Source of the DNA: Candidatus Australimonas brisbanensis
GTDB lineage: Bacteria; Chloroflexota; Dehalococcoidia; Lucifugimonadales; Australimonadaceae
NCBI GenBank assembly: GCA_038147155.1
Contig: JAYQTA010000002.1
Span: 195,595 to 259,594 of the forward strand
Length of the DNA: 64,000 nt
Direction: 5' to 3'
In this document: one piece after another, positions 43,478-53,580 of the stretch
Numbering within the stretch: the first letter of the stretch is position 1
How the letters are laid out: each line of letters starts with the position of its first letter
Made by a program: the position numbers and the translations under genes
Notes under the pieces: model-generated
Seen by the model: the letters and a program-made list of their open reading frames with translations, nothing else
What the model was told of the DNA's origin: nothing
The model's database searches: none

Positions 43478-44872
43478 ATGCAGCGCAGTGCCCGCTCCCT
43501 GCGCCTCTCAATCGTGCTGCTGCTGCTGACGGCGGCGACCGCCCTTGTGTGGCCGCCGCCGTCGCGTGCCCAGTCCGGGCCGGTGGTGCTGGAGGTGACC
43601 CTTGACGGGGCCATCGACGCCATCGCCGTCCGTACCCTCAATCGGGCCATCGCTCAGGCGGAGGCCGAGGACGCAGCCGCCCTCCTGGTGCGTCTGGATA
43701 CACCTGGCGGCGAGTTGGAGGCTACCCGCTCCATCGTGACGGCCATCTTCGATGCGCGGGTGCCGGTCATCGTCCACGTCGCGCCGGAGGGCGCACGCGC
43801 GGGCAGCGCGGGGACGTTCATCGCAGCCGCCGCCCACATCGCCGCCATGGCGCCCGCCACCTCTATCGGCGCGGCGAGCCCGGTGCTTGCGGATGGGACG
43901 GACATCCCCGGCGATACGCTGCGAGAGAAGGTCCACCAGGACGCCGCCGCACTGATGCGTGAGATCGCGACGCAGCGAGGACGCGCCGTCGCACCGCTGG
44001 AGGCGACCGTGCTGGAGGCGGTGGCCTACGGCGCCGAGGAGGCGCTGGGCGACGGCGTGGTGGACCTGGTGGCGCGCGATGTCACCACCGTGATTGCGGC
44101 GGTTGACGGACGCACCGTCGAGGTGCGTGGCCAGCCCTTCACCCTGGCCACTGCGGATGCCACGGTGCTGCCGGTGCGTTCGGGGTTGGCGGGCTTCGTG
44201 GACGGGGTGCTGACGGTGCTCGCCAACCCCACCATCGCCTGGCTCCTGGTGGTGCTGGGCTGCCTGGGCCTGCTCTTCGAACTCAGTGCGCCAGGGCTGG
44301 TCATCCCCGGTGTGCTGGGCTTCCTCTTCCTGCTGGCGGGGTACGCGGGCTTCGCCCATCTGCCCATGAACTGGCTCGGCGCGGCGCTGGTCTTCGCGGC
44401 CTTCGTCCTCTTCGCCATCGAACTGAACGTGGATGGCTTCGGTATCTCTGGTATCGCGGGCATCGCCGCCTTCATCGCAGGCAGCGTGCTGCTCTACCTG
44501 AACTTCACCGAGCCCACACCCCTCGGCCCGCCACCCGGCATCAACCTGTGGGTTCTGGTGCCGGTGGGCGCGACGGTGGTCGCCCTGGCGGGGGGAATAA
44601 TTTACGTTGTGGCCCGCGCGCGCCGTGCCGCCAAGGACCTTCCTGAGCCCGTGGGCTGGGGGATGGAGGGCTCCCGGGGACGTGTGGTGGAGCCGCTGAC
44701 CCCCCAGGGGCGGGTGCTGGTGCGGGGGGAGACGTGGAACGCCCGGACCGTGGACGGAGAACACCTGCCAGAAGGCACGGAGGTGCGCGTGGCGCGCGCC
44801 GAGGGCGCGCTGCTGTGGGTGGAGGAGACGGGTGGGACGTCCACAGCGCTGAACCAGACAGAAGGAGCGTGA
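43478..44872 (+). CDS. NfeD-family membrane-bound ClpP-class serine protease
   Basis: Signal peptide. LDTPGGELEATR, AGSAGTFIAAAA, multi-TM core, and a C-terminal OB-like NfeD domain (GRVLVRGETWNAR). Confidence 0.85.
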   Translation: MQRSARSLRLSIVLLLLTAATALVWPPPSRAQSGPVVLEVTLDGAIDAIAVRTLNRAIAQAEAEDAAALLVRLDTPGGELEATRSIVTAIFDARVPVIVHVAPEGARAGSAGTFIAAAAHIAAMAPATSIGAASPVLADGTDIPGDTLREKVHQDAAALMREIATQRGRAVAPLEATVLEAVAYGAEEALGDGVVDLVARDVTTVIAAVDGRTVEVRGQPFTLATADATVLPVRSGLAGFVDGVLTVLANPTIAWLLVVLGCLGLLFELSAPGLVIPGVLGFLFLLAGYAGFAHLPMNWLGAALVFAAFVLFAIELNVDGFGISGIAGIAAFIAGSVLLYLNFTEPTPLGPPPGINLWVLVPVGATVVALAGGIIYVVARARRAAKDLPEPVGWGMEGSRGRVVEPLTPQGRVLVRGETWNARTVDGEHLPEGTEVRVARAEGALLWVEETGGTSTALNQTEGA

Positions 44873-44873
44873 C

Positions 44874-45728
44874 ATGGCACATTGGGGATTGAACGTCGTG
44901 CGACAGTACGAGCGGTTGGTGGTGTTCACTCTCGGCTCGTACTCAGGGACGCGCGGGCCTGGGATGCGATGGGTCTGGCCATTCGTCAACAATGGCTCGG
45001 CGACGGTGGACCTGCGCGAGGTGCCGGTGGGTATTCCGCGCCAGACCGCCATCACGCGCGACAACGCACCTATCGACATCGACTTCTTCGTCTACATGCG
45101 GGTGATGGCGGACCGGCCTGAGGACACCATCCTCAACATCTCCAACTTCGGCATCGCGGCGCAGGCGCTGGCCATGACCACACTGCGCGCCGTGGTGGGC
45201 GAGATGGACCTGGACGACGTGCTCTCCAAGCGCGAGCGCATCAACTCGGCCCTCCAATCGAAGCTGGACGAGGTGACGGTGAACTGGGGCGTCAAGGTGA
45301 CGCGCGTGGAGATCAAGGAGGTGGAGCCGCCGCGCGATGTGCAGGAGGCTATGAACCGCCAGCTCTCCGCCGAACGCACCCGACGTGCCGCCGTCACCGA
45401 GGCCGAGGGGCAGCGCGACGCGGCGGTGAACGTTGCTGACGGTGAGCGTCGCTCTGCGGTGCTGCGGGCGCAGGGCCAGAAGGAGGCGGCGATCCTGGAG
45501 GCCGAGGGTGAGCGGCAAGCAGCGCTCCTCCGTGCCGAGGGCTTCGCGCTGGCGCTCGCGGCCATCAATGAGCAGGCGCGTCAGGTGGACGCGCGCACCA
45601 TGAGCCTCCAGTACTTCGACACGCTCAAGGAGGTGGGAGCCTCGCCCGCCACCAAGTTCGTGCTGCCGCTGGAACTGACCAGCATGGTCAGCCAGTTCGT
45701 GCAGCAGGCGCAGGCGGCGAAGGAATAA
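44874..45728 (+). CDS. SPFH/band-7 (stomatin-like) protein
   Basis: Starts 1 nt after the NfeD stop. VVRQYERLVVFTLG, ITRDNAPIDIDFFVY, coiled-coil EAEGQR repeats. Confidence 0.9.
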   Translation: MAHWGLNVVRQYERLVVFTLGSYSGTRGPGMRWVWPFVNNGSATVDLREVPVGIPRQTAITRDNAPIDIDFFVYMRVMADRPEDTILNISNFGIAAQALAMTTLRAVVGEMDLDDVLSKRERINSALQSKLDEVTVNWGVKVTRVEIKEVEPPRDVQEAMNRQLSAERTRRAAVTEAEGQRDAAVNVADGERRSAVLRAQGQKEAAILEAEGERQAALLRAEGFALALAAINEQARQVDARTMSLQYFDTLKEVGASPATKFVLPLELTSMVSQFVQQAQAAKE

Positions 45729-45737
45729 CGACCGGCG

Positions 45738-47372
45738 CTAGAGGGTGGCCAGCAACCGGAGCAGCCCACCCTCGGCGTCGGCGCCCAGGTGAAGGTATCC
45801 CACCTGGCGCCCGGCCCTGCGCAGCGCGTCAACGTCGCCCACGGCCTGCGCGCGGGCCAGCTGTCCCAGGGTGTATTTCTCGCCGGGGACGGGGATGTCC
45901 TCACCCGTGTCCACCGTCAGCACCAGGAAGCGGCCCGACTCCGGTCCGCCCTTGTGGAGCTGGCCCGTGGAGTGCAGGTAGCGGGGCCCATAGCCCGCGG
46001 TGGTGGCCAGGTGGTGCTGGGCACCCACGCTCTTGCGCAGCGCCGCCAGCGTACCGTCCACTCCCGGTGTGCGCGCCGCGTACACCAGCACCGCCAGGTA
46101 GGTTCCCTTGGGCGCCTCAGCGAGCAGCCCCGCCAGGCTGGGTCCGGGCTCCGGGTCCTCCAGCCCCGCCTTGCGTTGGGTGGCGCGCAGCGCCCGTGCG
46201 GCAGCGTCCTTGGCCGCCTGCACGTCGGGCTGGTCGAAGGGCTGGATGCTCAGCAGCGCCCCGGCGATGGCCGTCGCGACCTCCCAGCGGAAGAACTCGG
46301 CGCTCAGGTCATGCCGGTCCTTCAGGTCGAGGCGCACCAGCGGGTGCTCCAAGGCGGCGATGCGCTCGGCTGCAACGTCCAGCGGGCCATTGGCGTCGCC
46401 CTCCAGCCGCAGATAGACGAACAGCCGATCGCTCCCGTAGGCGCCGGGGTCCAGCAACGGCTCTCCCGCCACGGGCACGATGCCCGTGCCACCCTTGCCG
46501 GTGCTCTCTGCGACCAGCTGCTCAGCCCACAGGCCGAAGGGCTCCAGCCCAGGGGAGGTGATGAGGGTGAGCTTATCGCGCCCCTCCGGTACCCCCGCCG
46601 CCATGAACGCGCCCAGCCACGCGCCGGGGTTGGCCCGTGCCTCTCCCGGCCCGCACAGCCCCGCCATCACCGAGGCGCGGTCCAGCAGCCGTTCCAGGGG
46701 CAGGCCCGCCAGCGCGGCGGGCACCATGCCGAAATGGGAGAGCACCGAGTAGCGCCCGCCGATGTCGGCCTGCGCCTCGAAGACGCGCCGGAAGCCGGCC
46801 TCCGCGCCCAGCCCTGCCAGCGGCGTGCCGGGATCGGTGACGGCGACGAAGTGTGCGCCTGCCGCCTCCTGGCCCACGGCCTCCTCCACCAGTGCCCTGT
46901 AGTGACGATAGAGGGAGAGGGGCTCGATGGTGGTGCCGGACTTAGAGGAGAGGAGGAACAGGGTGTGGGCTGGGTCCAGAGCCGCGTCAACGGCGCGCAC
47001 CTGCTCAGGGACGGTCGAATCGAGCACGGTCAGGCGCGGTGCGCCCTCATTGTGGCCCAGCACGGCACGAAGCGCCTCTAGGCCCAGCGAACTGCCGCCC
47101 ATGCCCAGCAGCACCACCTGGGTGATGTCGTCGGCACGCACGCTTGCTGCGAACTCACGCAGTTCGTCCAGGTGCGTGCGCATCTTGCCGGTGACGTTCA
47201 GCCAGCCGAGGCGGTCGGTGATCTCGGTGGGACGCCGGTTCCACACCGTGTAGTCGCCCGCCCACATGCGGGGGATCGTCCCATCGCGGTCGAGCCGTTC
47301 CAGCGCTTCGTTGACGGCGGGGCCGTACGTCCCCAGCGCCATGACGCTGGGCAGGGCCGTGGCGTCGGTCAA
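45738..47372 (-). CDS. pgi: glucose-6-phosphate isomerase
   Basis: [28 protein letters not shown]. The TTG start overlaps the tkt stop (TTGA); alternative ATG at 47342. Confidence 0.85.
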   Translation of the reverse strand: MTDATALPSVMALGTYGPAVNEALERLDRDGTIPRMWAGDYTVWNRRPTEITDRLGWLNVTGKMRTHLDELREFAASVRADDITQVVLLGMGGSSLGLEALRAVLGHNEGAPRLTVLDSTVPEQVRAVDAALDPAHTLFLLSSKSGTTIEPLSLYRHYRALVEEAVGQEAAGAHFVAVTDPGTPLAGLGAEAGFRRVFEAQADIGGRYSVLSHFGMVPAALAGLPLERLLDRASVMAGLCGPGEARANPGAWLGAFMAAGVPEGRDKLTLITSPGLEPFGLWAEQLVAESTGKGGTGIVPVAGEPLLDPGAYGSDRLFVYLRLEGDANGPLDVAAERIAALEHPLVRLDLKDRHDLSAEFFRWEVATAIAGALLSIQPFDQPDVQAAKDAAARALRATQRKAGLEDPEPGPSLAGLLAEAPKGTYLAVLVYAARTPGVDGTLAALRKSVGAQHHLATTAGYGPRYLHSTGQLHKGGPESGRFLVLTVDTGEDIPVPGEKYTLGQLARAQAVGDVDALRRAGRQVGYLHLGADAEGGLLRLLATL

Positions 47373-49375
47373 CGCCCACCCCCGGTCAGCAGGGCGCGGG
47401 CTGCGGCGGCAATCGCCTCAGGCGTGAGGCCGAACTCGGTGTAGAGCCGCTGGTAGGGCGCGGAGGCGCCGAAGGTGTCGACGCCGATGGCCGTGCCCGT
47501 CGCACCGATGTGGCGCTCCCAGCCCAGGGTGACGCCGGCCTCCACGGAAACGCGTGCGCTCACGTTGGCCGGCAGCACCTGCTCGCGGTAGGCCTGCGGT
47601 TGGGCGGCGAACAGTTCCCAACTCGGCATGGACACCACGCGGGTCGGAACGCCCTCGCCCTCCAGCGCCTCGGCGGCGGCCAGGGCGATGTGCACCTCGG
47701 ACCCGGTGCCGATGAGCAGCGCGCGGGGGTCTGCCGAGGCCTCGCGGACGACGTACGCGCCCCGGCTCACCTGCTCCGGGCTCGCCGACAGCAGCGGCAC
47801 CCCCTGGCGGGTGAGCACCAGCGCCGTGGGCCCGTTGGTGCGCTCCAGCGCCGCCCTCCAGGCCCCAGCGGTCTCGGTGGCATCGGCCGGACGCACCACG
47901 GCCAGGTTGGGCATGGCGCGCAGGCTCATCAGGTGCTCCACCGGCTGGTGGGTGGGGCCGTCCTCACCCAGGGCGATGGAGTCGTGGGTGAACACGTACA
48001 CCACCCGTTGGCCCATGAGGGCGGCAAGGCGCATGGCGGGGCGCATGTAGTCCGCGAATACCAGGAAGGTGGCGGTGTAGGGGATGAACCCGCCGTGCAG
48101 CGCCATGCCGCCGGCGATGGAACCCATGGCGTGCTCGCGCACACCGAAGTGCAGGTTGTGCGGGCCGCCCTCACCGAAGGCGTGCTCCTTGAGCAGCGTC
48201 TTGGTGGAGGGGGCCAGATCCGCAGAGCCACCGGTGAGCGCATGGACGCGCGTCGCGATGGCGTTCATCACCACGCCGCCCGCCTCGCGGGTGGCCAGCG
48301 CCTTGCCGCCGGGGCCGAACAGCCCCTCCAGCACGGACTCCCAGCCCTCCGGCAACAGGCCCGACAGGTCAGCCGCCAGCTGCTCGGCCTCGACGGGGAA
48401 CGCCTGCTGGTAGGCGGCGAAGCGCTGGTTCCAGTCGGCCTGGGCCTTCTCGCCACGCGTCAGCGACCTGCGCCAGCGCTCCAGCGCCTCCTGGGGCACG
48501 GTGAAGGGCTCGTAGTCCCAGACCAGCGCCTCGCGGGTGCGCTGGGCCTCCTCGGCGCCCAGGGGCTCGCCGTGGACTCCGGGGGTGCCCGCCTTGTTGG
48601 GCGCGCCGTAGCCGATGACCGTCTTGCAGATGATGAGGCTGGGGCGCTCGATCTGGGCGTGCGCCTCGATGATCGCCTCCTCCACCTCACGCACGTCCAG
48701 CCCGTTGATGGGCCCCACCACGTGCCAGCCGTAGGCGGCGAACCGCGCGCCCACGTCCTCGGTGAAGGCCAGGTCCGTCGAGCCCTCGATGGAGATGGAG
48801 TTGGAGTCGTACAAGTAGATGAGCTTGCCCAGCTTCCAGGTGCCGGCCAGGGAGGCGGCCTCGGCGCTCACCCCCTCCATCAGGTCACCGTCGGAGACGA
48901 TGCCGTAGGTGTAGTGGTCGATGATCTCGTGGCTGGGCTTGTTGTAGTGCTCGGCGAGCAGCCGCTCGGCAAGCGCCATACCCACGCCGTGGGCGAAGCC
49001 CTGCCCCAGCGGGCCGGTGGTCACCTCGACGCCCGGCGTGTGCCCGTACTCCGGGTGCCCCGCGGTGTGCGAGCCCCACTGACGGAAGTTGCGCAGTTCC
49101 TCCAGGGGCAGGTCGTAGCCCGACAGGTGCAGCAGCGCGTACAGCAGCATGGAGGCGTGGCCCGCCGAGAGGACGAACCGGTCGCGGTTGGCCCAGGCGG
49201 GGTCCGCCGGGTTGTGCTTGAGGAAGCGGTCCCACAACGCATAGGCCATGGGGGCCATGCCCATGGGCGCGCCGGGGTGGCCGGAGTTGGCCTGCTGCAC
49301 GGCGTCCACGGCCAGGAACCGCACGGCGTTGATGCACAGTTCGTCGAGCCGGGCGGCATCGCTGCGGGTGGTCAT
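47369..49375 (-). CDS. tkt: transketolase
   Basis: [38 protein letters not shown]. Confidence 0.95.
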   Translation of the reverse strand: MTTRSDAARLDELCINAVRFLAVDAVQQANSGHPGAPMGMAPMAYALWDRFLKHNPADPAWANRDRFVLSAGHASMLLYALLHLSGYDLPLEELRNFRQWGSHTAGHPEYGHTPGVEVTTGPLGQGFAHGVGMALAERLLAEHYNKPSHEIIDHYTYGIVSDGDLMEGVSAEAASLAGTWKLGKLIYLYDSNSISIEGSTDLAFTEDVGARFAAYGWHVVGPINGLDVREVEEAIIEAHAQIERPSLIICKTVIGYGAPNKAGTPGVHGEPLGAEEAQRTREALVWDYEPFTVPQEALERWRRSLTRGEKAQADWNQRFAAYQQAFPVEAEQLAADLSGLLPEGWESVLEGLFGPGGKALATREAGGVVMNAIATRVHALTGGSADLAPSTKTLLKEHAFGEGGPHNLHFGVREHAMGSIAGGMALHGGFIPYTATFLVFADYMRPAMRLAALMGQRVVYVFTHDSIALGEDGPTHQPVEHLMSLRAMPNLAVVRPADATETAGAWRAALERTNGPTALVLTRQGVPLLSASPEQVSRGAYVVREASADPRALLIGTGSEVHIALAAAEALEGEGVPTRVVSMPSWELFAAQPQAYREQVLPANVSARVSVEAGVTLGWERHIGATGTAIGVDTFGASAPYQRLYTEFGLTPEAIAAAARALLTGGGR

Positions 49376-49560
49376 GGGCAGCCTCAGAAAGGGGGATTGG
49401 GGACCCCCCCTAGGCTAGCACCCACCCCCCTCAGGTGCCAGCGCGCCGGGCCAGCGGCCGGGAGAGCGGCGAAATCACCCGCAAGGAGGGCGGGGTCCAT
49501 TCATCAGAGGACCCGGGTTCACCCGTGAGAGTGATTGCACACCAGGGCGAGGAGGCCATA

Positions 49561-49574
49561 ACGGACCGGTCGGT
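49561..49574. promoter_or_regulatory. imperfect palindrome, candidate TetR operator
   Basis: ACGGACCGGTCGGT has core GACCGGTC perfect and 12 of 14 positions symmetric. It lies about 30 nt upstream of the tetR-family start. Confidence 0.25.
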
Positions 49575-49604
49575 CGGTTTAGCGCTGATGCCGGAGTGCC
49601 AACC

Positions 49605-50216
49605 ATGCCAAAGGTGAGTGACGAGCACGTGGCGGAGCGCCGTGAGCACATCCTGCGCGCTGCGACCACCTGCTTCGCGCGCAGCGGCATCCACCGCGCG
49701 ACGGTGGACGACATCTGCGCCGAGGCCGGCATCAGCAAGGGCGCCATTTACGGCTACATCAAGAGCAAGGACGACGTGGTGGCCGCCCTGCAGGTGGAGG
49801 CGGTCCAGGCGGACGCCGCGCTCGTGCGCCGCACCACCCGCCAGACCGACTCCGCCCGTGGTCTGGAGGAGACGCTGCGCGCCGCGTTCGGTGCGCTGAA
49901 CGACCCCGCCGCCACGGAGGGGCTGCGTGTCGAGGTGATGCTGGCCACAGAATCGCTTCTGTCTCAGCGCCTGGCCGACGCTCAGACGCTCGACCTGGAA
50001 CTGTGGACGGATGCGTTGGAGCTGGTGGTCAAGGATCTGCGCCGTACCGCCTCGCACCTGGCCGGGCAGGACCCACGCTCCGTGGCGCTGGCGCTGACGG
50101 CGGCAATCCAGGGCGCGGCGAAGATGAAGGCCGCCATGCCGGAGCTGGACACGGCGTCCATCGCCGGTGCGCTGGCCTGGCTGCGCACGGCGCGCGCGCT
50201 CACCCCCGCTTCCTGA
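49605..50216 (+). CDS. TetR-family transcriptional regulator
   Basis: GGAG lies 8 nt before ATG 49605 (the track ORF starts at GTG 49596). HTH region RATVDDICAEAGISKGAIYGYIKSKDD. Confidence 0.85.
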   Translation: MPKVSDEHVAERREHILRAATTCFARSGIHRATVDDICAEAGISKGAIYGYIKSKDDVVAALQVEAVQADAALVRRTTRQTDSARGLEETLRAAFGALNDPAATEGLRVEVMLATESLLSQRLADAQTLDLELWTDALELVVKDLRRTASHLAGQDPRSVALALTAAIQGAAKMKAAMPELDTASIAGALAWLRTARALTPAS

Positions 50217-50226
50217 CGCTCCCCCG

Positions 50227-50245
50227 GCAGGGGGACACCCCCTGC
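50227..50245 (+). terminator. hairpin after the tetR-family gene
   Basis: GCAGGGGG-ACA-CCCCCTGC lies 10 nt after the stop. No U-tract. Confidence 0.3.
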
Positions 50246-50321
50246 GCCACTTCGTGTCTACCCCCGGCAAGGGGAGTTCCACTCCCCTCTGCACACCCCT
50301 AGGCTCTGATGCACAGGGCGC

Positions 50322-50350
50322 TTGACGGCGTACGCGTGGGCCTCTACCGT
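50322..50350 (+). promoter_or_regulatory. candidate promoter of the aldo/keto reductase gene
   Basis: TTGACG (50322-50327), 17 nt spacer, TACCGT (50345-50350), about 30 nt upstream of ATG 50380. Confidence 0.3.
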
Positions 50351-50379
50351 CCGCCCATCCTCGCGCGGACGGAGGCCTC

Positions 50380-51393
50380 ATGCGCTACCGCAGGCTCGGC
50401 AACACGGACCTTGAGATTTCGGAGATCGGCTTCGGCTGCGGCAACACCGCGGGCCTGATGATCTGGGGCGAGCCCGCCGACCGGGTGCGCGCCGCCGAGC
50501 ACGCCATGGACGCGGGGATCAACTACTTCGACACCGCCGCCACCTACGGACAGGGCAAGTCGGAGGAGAACCTGGGCCCGGTCCTCAAGGCGCTCACCCG
50601 CAAGCCGCTGGTGGGCTCCAAGGTGGCGCTACAGGAGGAGGACCTGGGCGACATCCGGGGGGCGGTGCGCCGGTCCGTGGAGCGCTCGCTCCAGCGCCTG
50701 GGGCTGGAGACCCTCGACATCGTCCATCTACACAACCGCGTCACCCTCAAGCGCGTGCCCGGCATGAAGGTGGCCATCGGTACGCTGCTCACCTATGAGG
50801 AGATGCTGGGCCCCGGCGGCATCCAGGAGACCTTCGAGGAGCTCCGGCGCGAGGGCAAGCTGCGCCACTTCGGCTACTGCGCCTTCGGGGGCGACGCCCC
50901 GCTCTACAACCGCATCGCCGACGAGGGTCGCTTCAACTCCGTCCTGGTGTTCACCAACGTGCTGAACCCCTCCTCAGTGCGCAGGATGCCCCCGGGCTAC
51001 GTGGGCCACGACTACGAGCAGGTCGTCCCACGCGCGGCGGCGAAGGGCATCGGCACCGTCGCCCTCCGGGTGCTGGAGGCCGGCGCGCTGTCCGGTTCAG
51101 CCACGCCCCACGACCTGAACCGGGGCGGGCCCTCCGGCGACCCGGAGTACGTGCGCAACGCCCGCCGCGCGCTGACATTGGACTTCCTGCGCCGCGATGC
51201 GGACGAGACCCTCGCTCAGATGGCCATCCGCTTCGCCCTGCACCAGGAGGGCATCTCCACGGTGCTGGTGGGCTTCTCCGAACTGGCGCAGGTGGACGAT
51301 GCCGTCGCCTGCGTGGGGCAGGAGGGCTTCACCGCGGACCAGCTGGCCCGCCTGGAGAAGCTGTACGAGACGGACTTCGGCCTGACCGATTAG
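50380..51393 (+). CDS. aldo/keto reductase
   Basis: GGAGG RBS. MRYRRLGNTDLEISEIGFG, NYFDTAATYG, DIVHLHN. Confidence 0.9.
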   Translation: MRYRRLGNTDLEISEIGFGCGNTAGLMIWGEPADRVRAAEHAMDAGINYFDTAATYGQGKSEENLGPVLKALTRKPLVGSKVALQEEDLGDIRGAVRRSVERSLQRLGLETLDIVHLHNRVTLKRVPGMKVAIGTLLTYEEMLGPGGIQETFEELRREGKLRHFGYCAFGGDAPLYNRIADEGRFNSVLVFTNVLNPSSVRRMPPGYVGHDYEQVVPRAAAKGIGTVALRVLEAGALSGSATPHDLNRGGPSGDPEYVRNARRALTLDFLRRDADETLAQMAIRFALHQEGISTVLVGFSELAQVDDAVACVGQEGFTADQLARLEKLYETDFGLTD

Positions 51394-51412
51394 ACGCCCC
51401 TGGACACCGTGA

Positions 51413-51451
51413 ACACGCGAGGGCCCCGGCGCATGCCGGGCCCTCGCGTGT
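51413..51451. terminator. bidirectional hairpin between convergent genes
   Basis: ACACGCGAGGGCCCCGGC-GCAT-GCCGGGCCCTCGCGTGT, a 17-bp stem with one bulged C. Confidence 0.5.
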
Positions 51452-51472
51452 TGCCATCGCCGGGACTGGAGC

Positions 51473-52585
51473 CTACTGACCCTTGTAGTCCCACTCATAG
51501 CCGGGGGTGGTGTAGCACTCCGGCGGCATCTGGGACTTGAGCCCGCGCTTAGCGAGTTCCTTCTCGAAGGTCTCGCGGATCCAGGGGTCCTCCTGGTCGT
51601 ACTCGTACTGGTCGTTGGCTATGTCCGCCACCTCCTCGCTGACGCCGGTGAACTGCGGCAGCGGGTGGAAGGCGAAGTAGCGCCCGGGCGTCTCGCCCAC
51701 GTTAAAGTGCTGGTGGAACCAGCGGTTCGGCGGCACGAAGATGGAGCCCTCGTGCCAAGGCACGAAGACCTTCTCCTTATCACCCTGCCACATCACCGAG
51801 TAGCCCTCACCCGCCGGGATGACGATGACGAAGGCGGGGCCGTGCCGGTGACCCTTCTTGTAGGTCTTTGCCGGGAACACGGACATGTGCGCCGTGAGTT
51901 CGGAGCCGGGGAACTGGATGAACACCGTGGTGCCACCCGCGCCGCGCCCCTTGAAGGGCACCAACTTGTCCCAGGCGCGCATGTCCGGGAAAAAGTTGCC
52001 GTACCAGTAGTTGCGCACGCGCCCGGCCGCCGTGTCCGCCTCCACCACCTTGGCGTCGGCGTAGTAGCCCTCACCCGCAACCTCGGAGGCCACCTTGGTG
52101 GGGTTGTCGAAGAAGAGCGCCGGGTCCTTCGCCGTGGACATGGCGATGGGCAGGTTGTTGTAGGCAAGCAGCCGAGCGGGCTCGCCGGCGCTCATGCTGG
52201 AGTACTCCACCCAGTGGTTGCCGGGGATGCGGAAGCAGGAGTGCGCACCCCATTCGAAGGAGTGCTTCTCGCCCCCGTCCACCCACACCGTGGCCACGCC
52301 ACGGCCGGAGAGGACGTAGATGATCTCCTCCAGCGCGAACTTGCGCGGAGGGATGCTCCCACCGGCGGGTACCTCGTCGATGCGGGCCTCGGAGACGCCC
52401 TCCTGCCCGGCGAGCTGAAGGAAGGCGGAGCGGTGGCCCCGGCTCTTCCACTGGCCCAGGTCCACGGTGCGGCCGTCCTCGATGTAGTAGGAGCGGTAGA
52501 TGGGGATGCCCTGCGCCTCCATCCACTTGTCGTACAGGTACGGCTTGCGGATGTAGAGCATCTCTTCAGGGATGTCGTTGGCCAC
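51473..52585 (-). CDS. bicupin protein, paralog B
   Basis: AGGAGG lies 6 nt before GTG 52585. Same layout as paralog A: KKGHRHGPA...WFHQHFN in barrel 2, tail YDQEDPWIRETFEKELAKRGLKSQMPPECYT. Confidence 0.8.
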   Translation of the reverse strand: MANDIPEEMLYIRKPYLYDKWMEAQGIPIYRSYYIEDGRTVDLGQWKSRGHRSAFLQLAGQEGVSEARIDEVPAGGSIPPRKFALEEIIYVLSGRGVATVWVDGGEKHSFEWGAHSCFRIPGNHWVEYSSMSAGEPARLLAYNNLPIAMSTAKDPALFFDNPTKVASEVAGEGYYADAKVVEADTAAGRVRNYWYGNFFPDMRAWDKLVPFKGRGAGGTTVFIQFPGSELTAHMSVFPAKTYKKGHRHGPAFVIVIPAGEGYSVMWQGDKEKVFVPWHEGSIFVPPNRWFHQHFNVGETPGRYFAFHPLPQFTGVSEEVADIANDQYEYDQEDPWIRETFEKELAKRGLKSQMPPECYTTPGYEWDYKGQ

Positions 52586-52701
52586 GAGGGTCCTCCTGTG
52601 CTGCTGTCTGCTGAGGTCGCCGGGAGGCTACCGGCATGCCCGTGGGGTGTCAACGCGCGTGTGCGAGAATGCCGCCACACTGGACGACGACGGAGGACCC
52701 C

Positions 52702-53580
52702 ATGCCCACTGACGCATTCCCCGCCGGGTTCATCGGCCTCGGCCGCATGGGCCTGCCCATGGCACGCCGGCTCCTGGGTGCAGGCTTCGCCGTCCACGTC
52801 GCCTCCCGCAGCCCGGGCCCGGTGCAGGCGCTGGCGAGGGAGGGCGCACAGCCTGCGTCCACCCCGGCGCAGGTGGCCCAGCGCGCGGACATAGTCTGCA
52901 CCTGCCTGCCGGACGAGACCGCGACGGAGGCGGTCTACTTTAGCCCGGACGGTCTGCTGGCCCACGCGCGGGCGGGACAGGGGTTGGTGGAGTGCTCCAC
53001 CATCTCGCCCCGGCTGGCCCGGCACCTCGAGGCCGCTGCGCGCGAGCGCGGCGCCTGGTTCGTGGACGCGCCGGTCTCCGGCGGCGTGGAGCGCGCCGCC
53101 GACGGCACCCTCGCCATCATGGCCGGTGGGGATCCGGGGGCCCTGCGGGTGGTGCGCCAGGCGCTGGAGGCCTTCGGCACGGTGCACCACGTGGGCGGGC
53201 CGGGGCAGGGGTGCGTGGTGAAGCTGGCGAACCAGCTGCTGGTGGGCGTGCATACGGCGGGCGCCACCGAGGCATTTGTGCTGGCGCGCGAAAGCGGGGC
53301 GAGCGTCTCCCAGGTGCTGGAGGTGCTCTCCGGTGCGTGGGCGGCCAGCACCATGCTGGAGCGCACGGGGCCCCTGGTGGCCTCCGGGGAGTACGGCTCA
53401 CGCGCGCCGGTGCGCCTGCTGGCCAAGGACCTTGCGCTGGTGGCACAGGCGTCGGCGGACGTGGGCGTCAGCCTGCCGCTGGCACAGGCCACCCTGGGCG
53501 TGTTCCAGCGTGCCATGGCCGCGGGGTTGGGCGAGACGGACATCGCCGCCGTCGCCACGCTGCTGGGGCCGGGGCGCTAG
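52702..53580 (+). CDS. NAD(P)-dependent 3-hydroxyisobutyrate/6-phosphogluconate dehydrogenase-family oxidoreductase
   Basis: GGAGG RBS. ATG 52702 is internal to ORF 52636... GFIGLGRMGLPMARRL, DAPVSGG, KLANQLL. Confidence 0.85.
   Translation: MPTDAFPAGFIGLGRMGLPMARRLLGAGFAVHVASRSPGPVQALAREGAQPASTPAQVAQRADIVCTCLPDETATEAVYFSPDGLLAHARAGQGLVECSTISPRLARHLEAAARERGAWFVDAPVSGGVERAADGTLAIMAGGDPGALRVVRQALEAFGTVHHVGGPGQGCVVKLANQLLVGVHTAGATEAFVLARESGASVSQVLEVLSGAWAASTMLERTGPLVASGEYGSRAPVRLLAKDLALVAQASADVGVSLPLAQATLGVFQRAMAAGLGETDIAAVATLLGPGR

Noticed and set aside
49376-49595. A riboswitch or other structured leader upstream of tkt or the his, pur and guaA operons.
   Set aside because: I could recognise no conserved riboswitch core motifs (TPP, purine, ZTP, T-box) in the short leaders. 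Only generic GC hairpins are present.
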